Source: Adineta vaga (Eukaryota; Animalia; Rotifera). From it: DNA of 64,000 bases. Below the pieces are notes generated by a model, which worked only from the letters and a program-made list of their open reading frames with translations, was not told where the DNA came from and searched no databases. Numbering within the stretch: position 1 is the first letter of the stretch; each line of letters starts with the position of its first letter. The stretch covers positions 14,136,001-14,200,000 of the forward strand of contig CP075492.1 in NCBI GenBank assembly GCA_021613535.1. Direction: 5' to 3'. A program made the position numbers and the translations under genes. Shown here piece by piece: positions 51,726 to 63,491 of this stretch.

Positions 51726-53458
51726 TTATTTTCGTATGAAATATAATTCGATCCATCGAAATAATGGATAAGTAATTCCTGTAAATAGAAATCCAAATTC
51801 AAAACCAACATCTGCACCTTCTCCACTATTATTATCACTACCGACAATGGCTTTTGCAATTGGTCCAATCAACCACGTTTGTGACATACCAAGTCCAATA
51901 CCAATAACTCCCATCATACCAGACAGTATTGCTGCTAGACTAATTGGTAATTCTTTTCGATTATTCCAAATATGAAAATTATAATTTTTAAATGAACAAT
52001 GTCGAAAGAAAATATGATCATCAAATATAACAACCACTAATATTACTGACAAATATGAAGTTATACTCATAAATGATATTAAAACATCATTAAATCTATA
52101 TGCAGCAATAATTGCTAATAGAACATAAGCTATTGTACCAATAATTGTATATAAAATACGTGGTATACGTTTAAATATTGGTGCAATAACTTGTGCCGAT
52201 AATGATAATGAATAATTATTTGGTATATTACAAGAAATAGTTGATAATGCAAAGAGAATAAGTATCAATTTACCAAAAATACCCAGAGATGAAAGACAAG
52301 CACCGAATAATCCACCGATATTATTTGTTTCATAGGCATACTTCCAATCAGAATTAGTATATGTACCTGTATATGTTGCTGCTCCAAGTAGTTGCAGTGG
52401 AGTCATGGATAAAAAATTACCAAAATAGGTTAAAAGAAAGATTTTCAATTGACTTGTATCCTCAGGAAAATAGGCATTGTAATCCGCTGCACATGAACAC
52501 CAACTAGATGATATACCAAAACATGCTGCACCAAAACTTAATACATGAGATAGTTTTAAACGAGAATTCGGACTATTTGTTATCGTTGTATTGAAAGATA
52601 CCTATAAAAAAAAGGAATATATTAATAGTAAATATTACTTTCTTTATCATTAAATATGCGTATTACTATTGGAGATATGGTAAAATATTTTGCACCAACT
52701 CCAGCTAATATACAATATCCTATAAAAACTGGTATCCATGAATAGCGTTCATAGATATGAATCCATTTATAACCAACAAAGGAGACAATCATTGATAATA
52801 GACCGATAATAATAATACCAACAGTAACAGGAAATGTATCATTGAAAACAACACGAAGTGTTTGTGCACCAGTGATACTGTTTACAGCGGCCCAACCCAG
52901 TGAAAGAATAACATTGATACATGACATTATTGAAGCACCATAATAACCCCAACTATAACGCGATACAAGCATTGTACGTAGACCAGACGCTGGACCAAAG
53001 CATGCGATACCTGCTACTGGAATAGCACCAAGTAAATTGAAAACAAGAATTGTTATAAATGAATCATAGAGATTCAAATTAAAAAGTGCTGGACCGAGTA
53101 AACCACTAGCAAAACTTGGTATAATCATATTAGCACCCATCTAAATAACAAGGTCATACTGACCTTTAATCTATAATATAACGAAATTTCTTACCCACAT
53201 CATTGCTGTATTGATGATAGTTGAATCCGTACGATTTTCTGGTAATATTCGATCACTACCAAGTGTTTCAACATTGAGACAATCGAATTTCTTCAAAGTA
53301 CGCATAATCAGACTGCATTTTTCACCGGTAATATTCGAATTTGAACTCATAATATGATCATTTTTATTCAAACGAATTCCTGTAAGTTCTATTTCATAGT
53401 TTTTCGAAATAGATGATACAATAGGAAATATTGTTGATGTACTCGAATTATCTCTCAT
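51726..53458 (-). CDS. Purine-cytosine permease (NCS1/FCY2-like), fungal-like, two introns
   Basis: W|MGAN, FGPASGLRTMLVSRYSWG, GYKWIHIYERYSWIP, AADY, NNYS and YPLFRWIEL. Confidence 0.87.
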
Positions 53459-54042
53459 GTTCTATTGAAATAATTCACTAAATAAAAAAAGACGTATCCT
53501 ATGGCACATTTGTTTTATGCTCTATACTGACCTCTTGTTTGTTTTGTTGTTCCTTGCTTTCTTTTATTTGACTGATCACTTCATTTATAAACGAAATGTT
53601 ATAAAATAACATGGGCATATGAAAACTGAAAGACATAGATACGATTTTTATTACATATCACCACGATCTTTTTTCTTCATATAAGCGATGTACATGTAGG
53701 TTAAATGAAAAGAACGACATCATAAACAATAAATGGAAGAATTGTAATTGATCATAAATAATAAAATTCATATTTTATTTCACATATCAGTTACTATTGT
53801 CAAGGTTTTTTTTTATACGGATATTTCAGTAATACTTCTGAATTAAAAGCTTTTCAATTGTGAAAAAAATCTATATACGATATACTTCTATATCTCCATC
53901 GACGATATAATTACAGAGCTTATAGAAAATGGTTTTTCTTTCTTAATCCATTTTTTCATTATATTTTTGCATCTATATTTCATCGATACTTATTTTCAAT
54001 TGAAATACATATCTACTGTTTAACTTCATTTCATTTTACCTC

Positions 54043-54792
54043 ATGTTATCATATCTGTTATTCATTACTATCACATTTTTCACTTTGAATACTACTCAAA
54101 GTGATAGCATCAATTATAATCAGGGTAAATCTAGTTATCTGAATAATGGTCAATTACATTTAATTAGTGGAGCTGTTACCGCTCAATCTAAACAAGATGT
54201 ACTCTATTCACTTTTACTTGTTCAATTGGCTGCGAATGCAAAAGCACCTCGAACATCTATTTCTGCATGGTATGAAAACTATGAACGTACTTTACCTAAT
54301 ATTGCTTGGGTGCTGACATCGTCTGCAAAATTGACTCCATTTATTCCATCTACTGATCGTATTTCTCTCAAATCTGTCATAACAACATCGCTAGCCGGTC
54401 GAATCACTCCCGAACTACAAGATATATTAAGTCGTAGTTTTGTGGAAATTCAACAAATGAAAGCTACTGATCCAGCTATCGTAGAATTTACGAAGGATGT
54501 AGGTGATGGAAAAACTTTTAATTTTCAAGTGCAATTCATTGATGAAAGAAATACTGATGTATCAGCTCTTCAATTTTATGTTACATTGACAACTTCGGCA
54601 AGTATTGGAGATGATATATTCTTATTACATCAATTTGACAAAAATGCAGTTACAATTCAAGTAGCCTACGAAAGTATTACTTTGAATAGTGATCTATATG
54701 CTACTATTCGTCAAAGTGTTATTAACAAACTAGGACCTGATCGAATTAATCAATTCATTTCGAAGATATTTGATGATGGATCTAAAATCTGA
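54043..54792 (+). CDS. Secreted hypothetical protein of a microbial-like family (intronless)
   Basis: Signal peptide, motif KQDVLYSLLLVQLAAN...WYENY...NIAW and C-terminal LYATIRQSVINKLG. Confidence 0.75.
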   Translation: MLSYLLFITITFFTLNTTQSDSINYNQGKSSYLNNGQLHLISGAVTAQSKQDVLYSLLLVQLAANAKAPRTSISAWYENYERTLPNIAWVLTSSAKLTPFIPSTDRISLKSVITTSLAGRITPELQDILSRSFVEIQQMKATDPAIVEFTKDVGDGKTFNFQVQFIDERNTDVSALQFYVTLTTSASIGDDIFLLHQFDKNAVTIQVAYESITLNSDLYATIRQSVINKLGPDRINQFISKIFDDGSKI

Positions 54793-54867
54793 TCGTTTAG
54801 TTTGAAAATGCTTTCTCTGATAATAAACGAAATAAAGTTTGTGAGTATGTAGAATATACTCTCATGA

Positions 54868-55710
54868 TTAAGATGTTTCTCTAATAAATCGAGGAATTAA
54901 TTCAGCAGCTACGTCATTACCAGGTTCTGTTAATGATAGGTGATGAACACCACGTTCCACAATCAAGAATTTCCATAATTTAGGTAATTTCAATGTCCAT
55001 ACTTTTGCTTCTTCAATTGGAAAGATGCGATCTTCTTCTCCATGAAGAGCTAATATTGGCATAGTAAGTTTTTCTAGTTCATCATCAATCGCATCACGAT
55101 CTAGAAGACATGTCATTGCTGGATCATAACCTTCAGCACCAGCATATCGTTCAATCCACATTTCTTTGATCTTTTCAAATACTTTCTCATTGAGACGTAC
55201 AGGTCCACCAAAAGATGCTGCTCTTGTCAAAATTGCTTCATCACTTGGAATCTTCGTTTCACACCATTTATCCCGAGCTTTTAGCATCATGATTTTGATT
55301 TGTTCTGCAGTTGAATAGACTGAAGTTCCCAATAATATCAGTCCTTTCACTCGATGAGGTTCAAGTAGAGCCATTCGAAGTGCAATGAAACCACCTTGAG
55401 TCGTTCCCATGGCATAAAATTGATCGATACCAAGTTTAGTAAGAAGTTCTAACGAATCTGAAGCAGTGTCCCAAAAAGTAAATTTCTCATTACGACCTTT
55501 AGTTTGTCCATGACCATGTGCATCAATGGAAATGAGATTGTAGTTAGAATATCGAATGTCTTTCATTTGTTGATCATAGAATCGTGAATCCATGAGAAAG
55601 GCATGATGCATAACAATGGTTGTTAATGGTTTGTCAATTGGATGAGAAAGACGATAAGCAATGGTAACACTATCATCCAATGTCATATAAAGTAGTTCTT
55701 TATGAAACAT
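54868..55710 (-). CDS. Alpha/beta hydrolase, microbial-like
   Basis: IDAHGHG, nucleophile elbow GTTQGG, LHGEED and GVHH. Confidence 0.85.
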   Translation of the reverse strand: MFHKELLYMTLDDSVTIAYRLSHPIDKPLTTIVMHHAFLMDSRFYDQQMKDIRYSNYNLISIDAHGHGQTKGRNEKFTFWDTASDSLELLTKLGIDQFYAMGTTQGGFIALRMALLEPHRVKGLILLGTSVYSTAEQIKIMMLKARDKWCETKIPSDEAILTRAASFGGPVRLNEKVFEKIKEMWIERYAGAEGYDPAMTCLLDRDAIDDELEKLTMPILALHGEEDRIFPIEEAKVWTLKLPKLWKFLIVERGVHHLSLTEPGNDVAAELIPRFIRETS

Positions 55711-56031
55711 GATATATTAGATCGAAATCGAATACAATTGATGATTATTCTTTATACTTTTCGAATATAGAAATAAGTGGCAACAGATGTGCTTTTTATC
55801 ATACTATGAGAATAGAAGAATGAGAGAAAAAAACTTCACAGAACTAAGTGTAATAGGAAAATATATCATAAGCAAACGATCAAGCACTTGTGCTCATTTG
55901 AAAGTTAGGTGAAAATACGTACGATAATTCCATATAGCCATACTCTTATTTGTTCGCAATATTTTTTGTTTCAATTTACAGAAGTGATTCATATGAAAGA
56001 TAAAAAAAGGTGAGAAGAAAAGAAAAAAAAG

Positions 56032-56103
56032 AGGGGACACCCGGAATCGAACCGGGAATCGGTCGATCTGCAGTCGAATGCTCTACCATTAAGCCATGTC
56101 CCC
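56032..56103 (-). tRNA. tRNA-Cys(GCA)
   Basis: GGGGACA acceptor stem, TGGCTTAATGG A-box, anticodon loop CTGCAGA, GGTTCGATTCC B-box and a downstream T-run. Confidence 0.92.
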
Positions 56104-56554
56104 GAAGCTTTTTAACAACACTTCATTGTCGCACGAACAACCAATTAAAATTAATATATTCTTCATTCCAAATAGTATAGCCATCAAATATACAACCATC
56201 TTTCACAAAAAAACGACAACATTCATCAAATAAACTTTGAATTGATATGACAATTCTTTCATTAATTTATCTAATCAATAAATAGCAGACATATTTTAAT
56301 ATTATATTCAAAAAAACTTTTCAAAACATAAAGAAGCTTTACAATACTGTTTAGATAACGTTAACGACTCGTTATGTGCCGTACGTCACATTGTTCATTT
56401 TTTCAATTATAGAAATTGTCTTTCTCAAATAGTCATGCATACAATTTGCTCTGTTGGCTAATGTTTAACTATTCATTCGTCAGTTTGAAAAAAAAATTTT
56501 CAGATACTTTTCATAGTAATAAAAGACAAACTCGTTATCTTCACAACATACAAC

Positions 56555-57656
56555 ATGCTTTGGATAATAATTGTTTTATTATCCTTCTCTTGCATTCATT
56601 CAGCTATTATTGGCAAAATTGAGAATTATATTCTTAGTAATGTAGTGACTCAATCTTTATTAAACCAAACACGTGATCAATGTCTTTGTCAAATGATGAA
56701 CTTCAATACACTAATATCCGCTATCAACTATTTTTCACAAAATCAAACTTGTCAATTATTTTCTTCAAATAATAATTCAATTACTATTCAATATCAAATG
56801 AATTCCACTCTCATATTTATCAATCAATCAACCATCTCAATTCAAATAAACAGTAACTCTATCAGTAGTAGTTATGAGAAATAAAGTATCGAATGAAACG
56901 ATTGTTTATTCCATTTTCAGAAGTGTTAACTTTGATAAGCAGTTCAACGTAAGACTTGATTTGATACGCATAAAAATTGATAGAAGTGTGATGTATAATT
57001 TAGTTCATCAAGTACGACAAGTAGTACAACAACTGCTACTACGACAGGTAAATTAAATATATTTCATACGTAAATGAGCATCTCATTAACATAACTTCTC
57101 AGTGAAAACAGCTAAGGTATAGAACAGGTGTCCTTTTTTTATTCTGTAATACTATATTGTGTAACTTAACATGTATAATCGATTGTAATACAAATATTCA
57201 AACTAAAAGACAGTTATGAGAAAACATTTATGGTAAAATCATCTAGTTACCATGTTTCTTTTCTTGTTTTCAGCTGTGCCATCAACAATTTGCATCAGTA
57301 TCGACACTAAAAATCTCTACAATAATGATTTCATCTATTCACCGACATCACAAATCTATGCAGCTGGTTTGTTAAACAATCAATTCGGTATCTATAGAGC
57401 ATATGGATATGGAAATGTTACTACAAGTATAATATGAACAGCAGGTCAATGTCCATCGAATACCGATTGTTATTTGGCGTTAAAAGACGATGGTAGCATA
57501 GTTCTTTATAGAACAGGTGATTCAAAAGTTATGTGGGTGGGACGTGGTTATAACAGCAATGTTGATCGTCCATTCTGCTTGCAAATGTTAGATTCTGGTA
57601 CTCTAATATGGGTTAATAGTGCTTCGAAAATATTGTGGACATCAAATCCCAGTTAG
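56555..57656 (+). pseudogene. Secreted PAN/apple plus B-lectin gene with a premature TGA at 57435
   Basis: Signal peptide and CLC...INY...TCQLF (PAN-like). The last exon is paralogous to 42850-43240 but has II*TA where the paralogues have LWTA or IWKA. Confidence 0.72.
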
Positions 57657-58699
57657 AATGAGCTACCATCGTCTGCACTTATTTTCATTTACATAACAAT
57701 CTGATCAAAGTTTAAACGATGTTTTATCAACATCAAGCTGTTACTGCTTCAAAAAGATTGAAAGAAAATTTAATTATAATAAACTGCGCTTTTCTAAACA
57801 TTATTGTAGTATGCATTGTTTACAGCTTAGTTATTGTCTTTTTAAACGTCATACAAAGCGTTTCTTCACTTATATTCATATTGCATCAGACAATTGCAAC
57901 AGAGAAAAAGATTTTCTTTTAATTTACATAATGTCGCGAATGATTCATTTTCAAGAAGCAGAGAGAGAGAAGGCGAGAAAAATATTATGCAAAAAGTTTG
58001 CATCATCTGGGGAAATAAGAAAAATTATGGGGACATCCGAAATCGAATCTTATCAAGAAGACTTCATTTTGTCAACAGGAACTACTCGAGTTCAATAGAT
58101 TTGAATATGTATATAGATAACATGAAACAACAATACGAGAGCTGAACATATTATTATTATAATGAATTTATTGAAGGAAATGGAATAACACGAACGTCAA
58201 AAACGTTTTTTCTTATTCTTTTATGTTAATTAAAAGAATGAACACTTATCAACTGAATATGCGAACATAAAATTCTAAAAAATTTGATTATCAAAAGTCT
58301 TTTTGCTTTCTAACGTCTGAATAGAATTTGAGTACTCACATCTATTTGTTTATCTATTCATAAGTATAGGTAATAACGATCGGGAACAAATATTTCCTAC
58401 AAGTTTGAGAGAAATTATGCGAATTGACGTGCAATATATGAATTCTATTTCTCTAATATAATTAAGAACAAACTAAAGATACTTGATGCGAAATACCTGA
58501 AATTCTTCTTGATGTTTATATACACGTATATACATCACGGGCAGCAGATCTGAAACTTCGTGAAAGAACAATTGTGAAATATCTTATATCAGAACAAGAG
58601 ATTCTTCATGCATCTAAAAACTTGATCTTACTTTAATTTGAACTATATTTTGATTGGTTTTCTTAAGCTGATGTTTATAGAATTTGCGATAAAAATCTT

Positions 58700-59120
58700 T
58701 ACAAATGACTCTATGATCTCGTCCACTATCAATGAACAAAGAATATATGATTATTTCACATATCATGCTGGTAGACCACTGAATAAAGATGTCCTCGAAA
58801 AGGATACATGAAAATAAAACTTCTTTATTTTATGGAATAATGAACGTTTGTGAGTTCTTCTATATTGAAATATACAGTTACATTGTTGATAAATGATTTA
58901 ACGGTATTGTTAATATTCGGTCTATATCTCGTTGAGGAAAACATGAATACAGAATTTCAGTAAATTGTTCAGTAGAAATACTTTAACGAAATCTGACAAC
59001 TTTTCATTAGCACATCCAAATATTATACAACTTGTAAAGTTAGGATAGATCTAAAACAATCCATGGCTTTCCATTCATATATACATGTAGTTCATACAAT
59101 TGCTATAGTTTTTGAAAATA
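58700..59120 (+). pseudogene. Possible protein-kinase remnant
   Basis: Only LAHPNIIQLVK (about 59008) and AIVFE are recognisable. Confidence 0.3.
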
Positions 59121-59643
59121 GAAAATGTTTAAAAGAACTTCAATTTGGAATGAAATACAAGTTTTTTTAGTTGAGATATTATTCCATCGGATTTATACCC
59201 AGAAAAAATGAAATTATATGAATTTTAAAACAACACTAGACATTCGATATTTTTGTACTAAGTTTTTTCATATATATATATATATATTTTTTTTTGATGT
59301 CTTAGTAATGATACACTTTTTCTTATTCTAAAATATAGCTTTGTTATTCAATAACGCCATATCTATTATTTATATTGTTCTAAAAACAAAAAATAGATTT
59401 ATTCTAAACATTTTCTTTTTCTTGTTAATGAAAATCATTACGACTATCTTTTCCACTTATTTTTCTCGATTCAATAGTAAAATTTCTTTCGAATAATTAC
59501 GATCACACAGTCGGAATGAAGATTGATAGGATTTCGTTAAATGAAACTCTCACAAGTGTTTTTTTGTTTTTAATCTATTGATTGTTTTATGAGTGTAAAC
59601 AGATTCTTTTCTCATTTCTTTTTAACAGATTTATTCAAATAAT

Positions 59644-61168
59644 ATGACTCAAAGAAGAATTCTTTTTTTATTTATCTTTATTCTTATCAAACAATCAATT
59701 TTACAAGATATGAATTCATTTCGAATGTCTCTTTTGTATAATTCTCAATTTCAATGTAGTAATACAACTTGTTTTCCATTTCATACGAAAATTGTATCAA
59801 AAATTCGTATGTGTCAAATTGAATGTTTACAGCAGAAACAATGTAAAGCAGCGAGTTTTGATCGAACAACTTTTCATTGTCAATTGTTTGCTAATTTATT
59901 CAATGAAAATAGTACGATGTTAAATGACAACAACATTGATAGTATGTTTCTTATATCTCAAACAAGATCTCCACCTGGTATGTATTAATATGTTTAAAAA
60001 ATGATCTTTGAATATACATTAGACAAAAGAGTGCATAAGATTTCGATTCGGACAATTGTTTTGAAATGTATATAAAAACTAATTCGATATATTAAAAATA
60101 ATCAGCGCGAGATTATTATAACCATTCTTAGTTTGTTACCATCTCATAGACTTTAACTCATTTCTTTCTTTGTTATCTTATACGCAGCAACTATTTTAAA
60201 GTATTGTTTATGTAAACTATTATTTTCCTCTGTGTTCTATGTACGCAAGTTTTATTTTCTAGTTATAAAATCTTTTCATCTTTTTTCCCTAAAATTTTTC
60301 ATAGGAGAAAAGGAAACTTTGATATAAACAGAACGAACAGTTCATATATGACCAATAACGATATAACTATTGATAAGAATCATTCTATGAAAATGAAAAG
60401 TGTAATCGAGTTTGTAATTTATTGTAATAAATATTGTACCATATAGCTTACATAAAAGCAATACTGTATGACACAATTATACATGGATAGAAGTTCGATT
60501 CTAAGATAAAAATCAACATTTTTTCTTGAAATAGACCAGAAGAATAATTCAGAATATTTTTATTTTAAAGATCTATTGGATTAGAAGTGTTATACATTTT
60601 AAATTACTTATCTACGATTCAAAACTGAAGTTGTATCTTTAGTTTACTACAAAATATATTAATTAAATTGTTTTTAAGTCAATATGCAGTAGATGTGTAA
60701 ATGATTTAAACTTAGTATATTTCTTCGATTTTCTTATAAAAAGCGTGTCTAATTATCATATCTCTTTTAGCTCCATCACTATCGAGTATTTGTGTGTGGA
60801 ATACACTCGATGCATCTCTTTATAATAACCAGTTTATCTATTCACCAACATCACAAATCTATGCCGCTGGTATGTTAAATAATCAATTTGGTATCTATAA
60901 AGCATATGGATACGGAAATGTTACTACACAAACAATATGGAAAGCACCTCAAAGTTCAACGGCAAATGAGTGTTATTTTTCGCTTCAAGTTGATCGTAAT
61001 TTAGTTGTTTATACAGTAGTATCAAAAAGTGTAATGTGGACAGCTGCTGTTTACAATAGCGGTGAAGGAAAGCCATTCTGCTTGCAAATGTTCGATTCTG
61101 GAAATCTAGTATTGATTGATAATACTACTACTATTTTTTGGCAAACAAATACTGCAACAATTGGATAG
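59644..61168 (+). CDS. Secreted PAN/apple plus B-lectin protein (two exons, intron about 59978-60770)
   Basis: CQIECLQQKQCKAASFD...CQLF in exon 1; last exon FSLQVDRNLVVY...FDSGNLV..WQT. Confidence 0.8.
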
Positions 61169-61453
61169 TTTTTTTGTTCGTATTACTTCAGATATAAACA
61201 GCCGAAGAAAACCTCCTTATCTTATGTATAAAACATAATTTCCGAGAATTGATATACTTTTTAACACCATATTTTTGTAAGTTTACGGTGAAAGCTATGC
61301 GATGCGCAACCGATATCTTAATAGAAAAATGAGGGTGACGAAATAAGTCTTCATTGCATCATTCGGAATGTCGCATTTTGTGAAATTACACAGCTATTGC
61401 ATGGATCGAAAAGAATGAAATTCAGAGAACCTATGAGTTTTGTTGATTAAAAA

Positions 61454-61525
61454 AAGGGACACCCGGACTTGAACCGGGAACCTCTCGATTTGCAGTCGAT
61501 TGCCGTACCATTGAGCCATGTCCCC
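61454..61525 (-). tRNA. tRNA-Cys(GCA)
   Basis: GGGGACATGGCTCAATGGTACGGCAATCGACTGCAAATCGAGAGGTTCCCGGTTCAAGTCCGGGTGTCCCT followed by a T-run. Confidence 0.92.
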
Positions 61526-62181
61526 TGGTATAATTAATCGGTCTTTAATGAGCGGCAAATGTAGCTTTCATTTTACAAATTTGTAATATCTATGATTTGA
61601 TTCGAGATGGCATTACTTTCAGCATAAACAATTGACTTTTGTTCAATTTCTCATTTTTTTTGCTGTATAACATCAGTACAATGACATCAGAATGAATACC
61701 AAGAACTGGGACCTCTGTTCTCAACCATTTTACAAGTTCAAAGTCGATGCTTTTATCCACAACAATGACACCATGTGCTTTGTTTAGAAAAGAAAAAAAT
61801 GTCGATGCGTCACACTTGTATCGTACAGAAAGAAAGAAATAACGCACGTGCGTGCTTAAAAATACTTTTCGTTCGATTCGTCTTGTTGACTTATGTATAG
61901 TCAGTATTTCTTTGCCGTGAAAAATATCACACAGGCCATCCGTTAAATCTTTATAAAGATTCGAATAACTTGATATTGAAATGAACAAGTATGAATATAG
62001 ATGTCATTAGAAATTATAGTATGTTGAGAATAATGTTTTTCTTATCGTTTATTAGTCGAGAAAGATAAACGAAAATGCGCAGAGCCTTTCTATATTACAG
62101 ATATCGTTGAAATGATACACATTGAAAAATTTGGTTGTTTTTTTTTGCATTTAGATTATTTCATCTGGAATATACATTTCA

Positions 62182-63192
62182 ATGTCATCCGATATTGGAA
62201 TATTACGTACACCTGATTCATCATTTCTCAATCTATTAGATTATTCTTTTCAACCGAATTATATTGAATTATCTAATCCGGGTTCGATTGGTAATGGTAA
62301 AACAAAATTACGTTTACATTATTTAGATGAAGGAAATAAAAATAGTCCGGAAACAATACTATTATTACATGGTGAACCCAGTTGGAGTTATTTATATCGT
62401 CATTTTATACCATCATTGAAACAATATCGAGTTATTGCAGTTGATTTGATCGGATTTGGAAAATCGGATAAACCAGTGAATAAAACTGATTATACATATC
62501 AAAGACACGTTAACTGGATACGAGAATTTATTGAAAAACTGAATTTAAACAACATAACATTATTTTGTCAGGTAAAATGTTCTATAGAGAAAGAAATGTG
62601 GTAATTGAAAATATTTAATATGTAGGATTGGGGTTCTTTGATTGGTCTACAATTAGTTGGTACACAGGAAATAGGTGATCGTTTTGCACGAGTAGCTGTT
62701 GCTAATGGTGGATTACCTACGGGTGATGGAAAGATTTCTAAAGGTTTTACTCAATGGCTTAATTTTGCATCACAACAAACAGAAATGGATGTTGGTAATG
62801 TTATTAAACTTGGAGTTGTCCGAGATATGAAAGAGGAAGAAATGGATGCATATAATGCTCCTTTTCCAAATGAAAAATATCAAGCTGGTGCTTTAGTATT
62901 TCCATTATTAGTACCAATCACTCCTGACAATCCATCGTCGGAATATAATCGTCAAGCTTGGCAAAATTTGAAGAATTTCAATCGACCATTTCTTACTCTT
63001 TTTTCTGATTCTGATCCGATTACAGCAGGTCTTGATAAAATCTTACAATCCATGGTGCCAGGTGCTAGAAATCAAGCACATACAACGATTACTCAAGGTG
63101 GACATTTCTTACAAGAAGATAAACCATATGAAATCGTTGAAAATCTAATTAAATTCATTAAAGCTAATCCTTTGATATCTGCACGATTATAG
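62182..63192 (+). CDS. Haloalkane dehalogenase (HLD-I, DhlA-type), bacterial-like, one intron at 62572-62625
   Basis: LRTPD..F, LLHGEPSWSYLYR, DLIGFGKSDKP, Q|DWG nucleophile, FSDSDP and GGHFLQED. Confidence 0.9.
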
Positions 63193-63491
63193 TTCTAAAA
63201 ATACTTTAATAAATACAAAACATATTTTCTATGTTTTAATTGACTCTACATCTTATGTAACTAACAGGACAGGTTATCATCACAAGTAAGTTTTATTTAT
63301 CACGACAAATATTGTCCTTGATCTTATAATAGAAGGAAAGTTGTTACGTGATATCATTCCTTTTTTGAAAGGTATTTGCTCTCCATAAAAAGAAAAAGAA
63401 CAGGTGAAATTTGTTCTCTTATGTAACACAGCCACAATATCAGTATATATACTCATAGATTTTAAAGAGAAGACATATTCTTGAAACAAAA

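Noticed and set aside
57530-57545. TGTGGGTGGG telomere-like motif
   Set aside because: It lies in frame within lectin coding sequence (MWVG), not at a breakpoint.
61590-61988. 132-aa ORF and similar short antisense ORFs elsewhere
   Set aside because: Non-ATG starts, no motifs, and many lie antisense to real exons.
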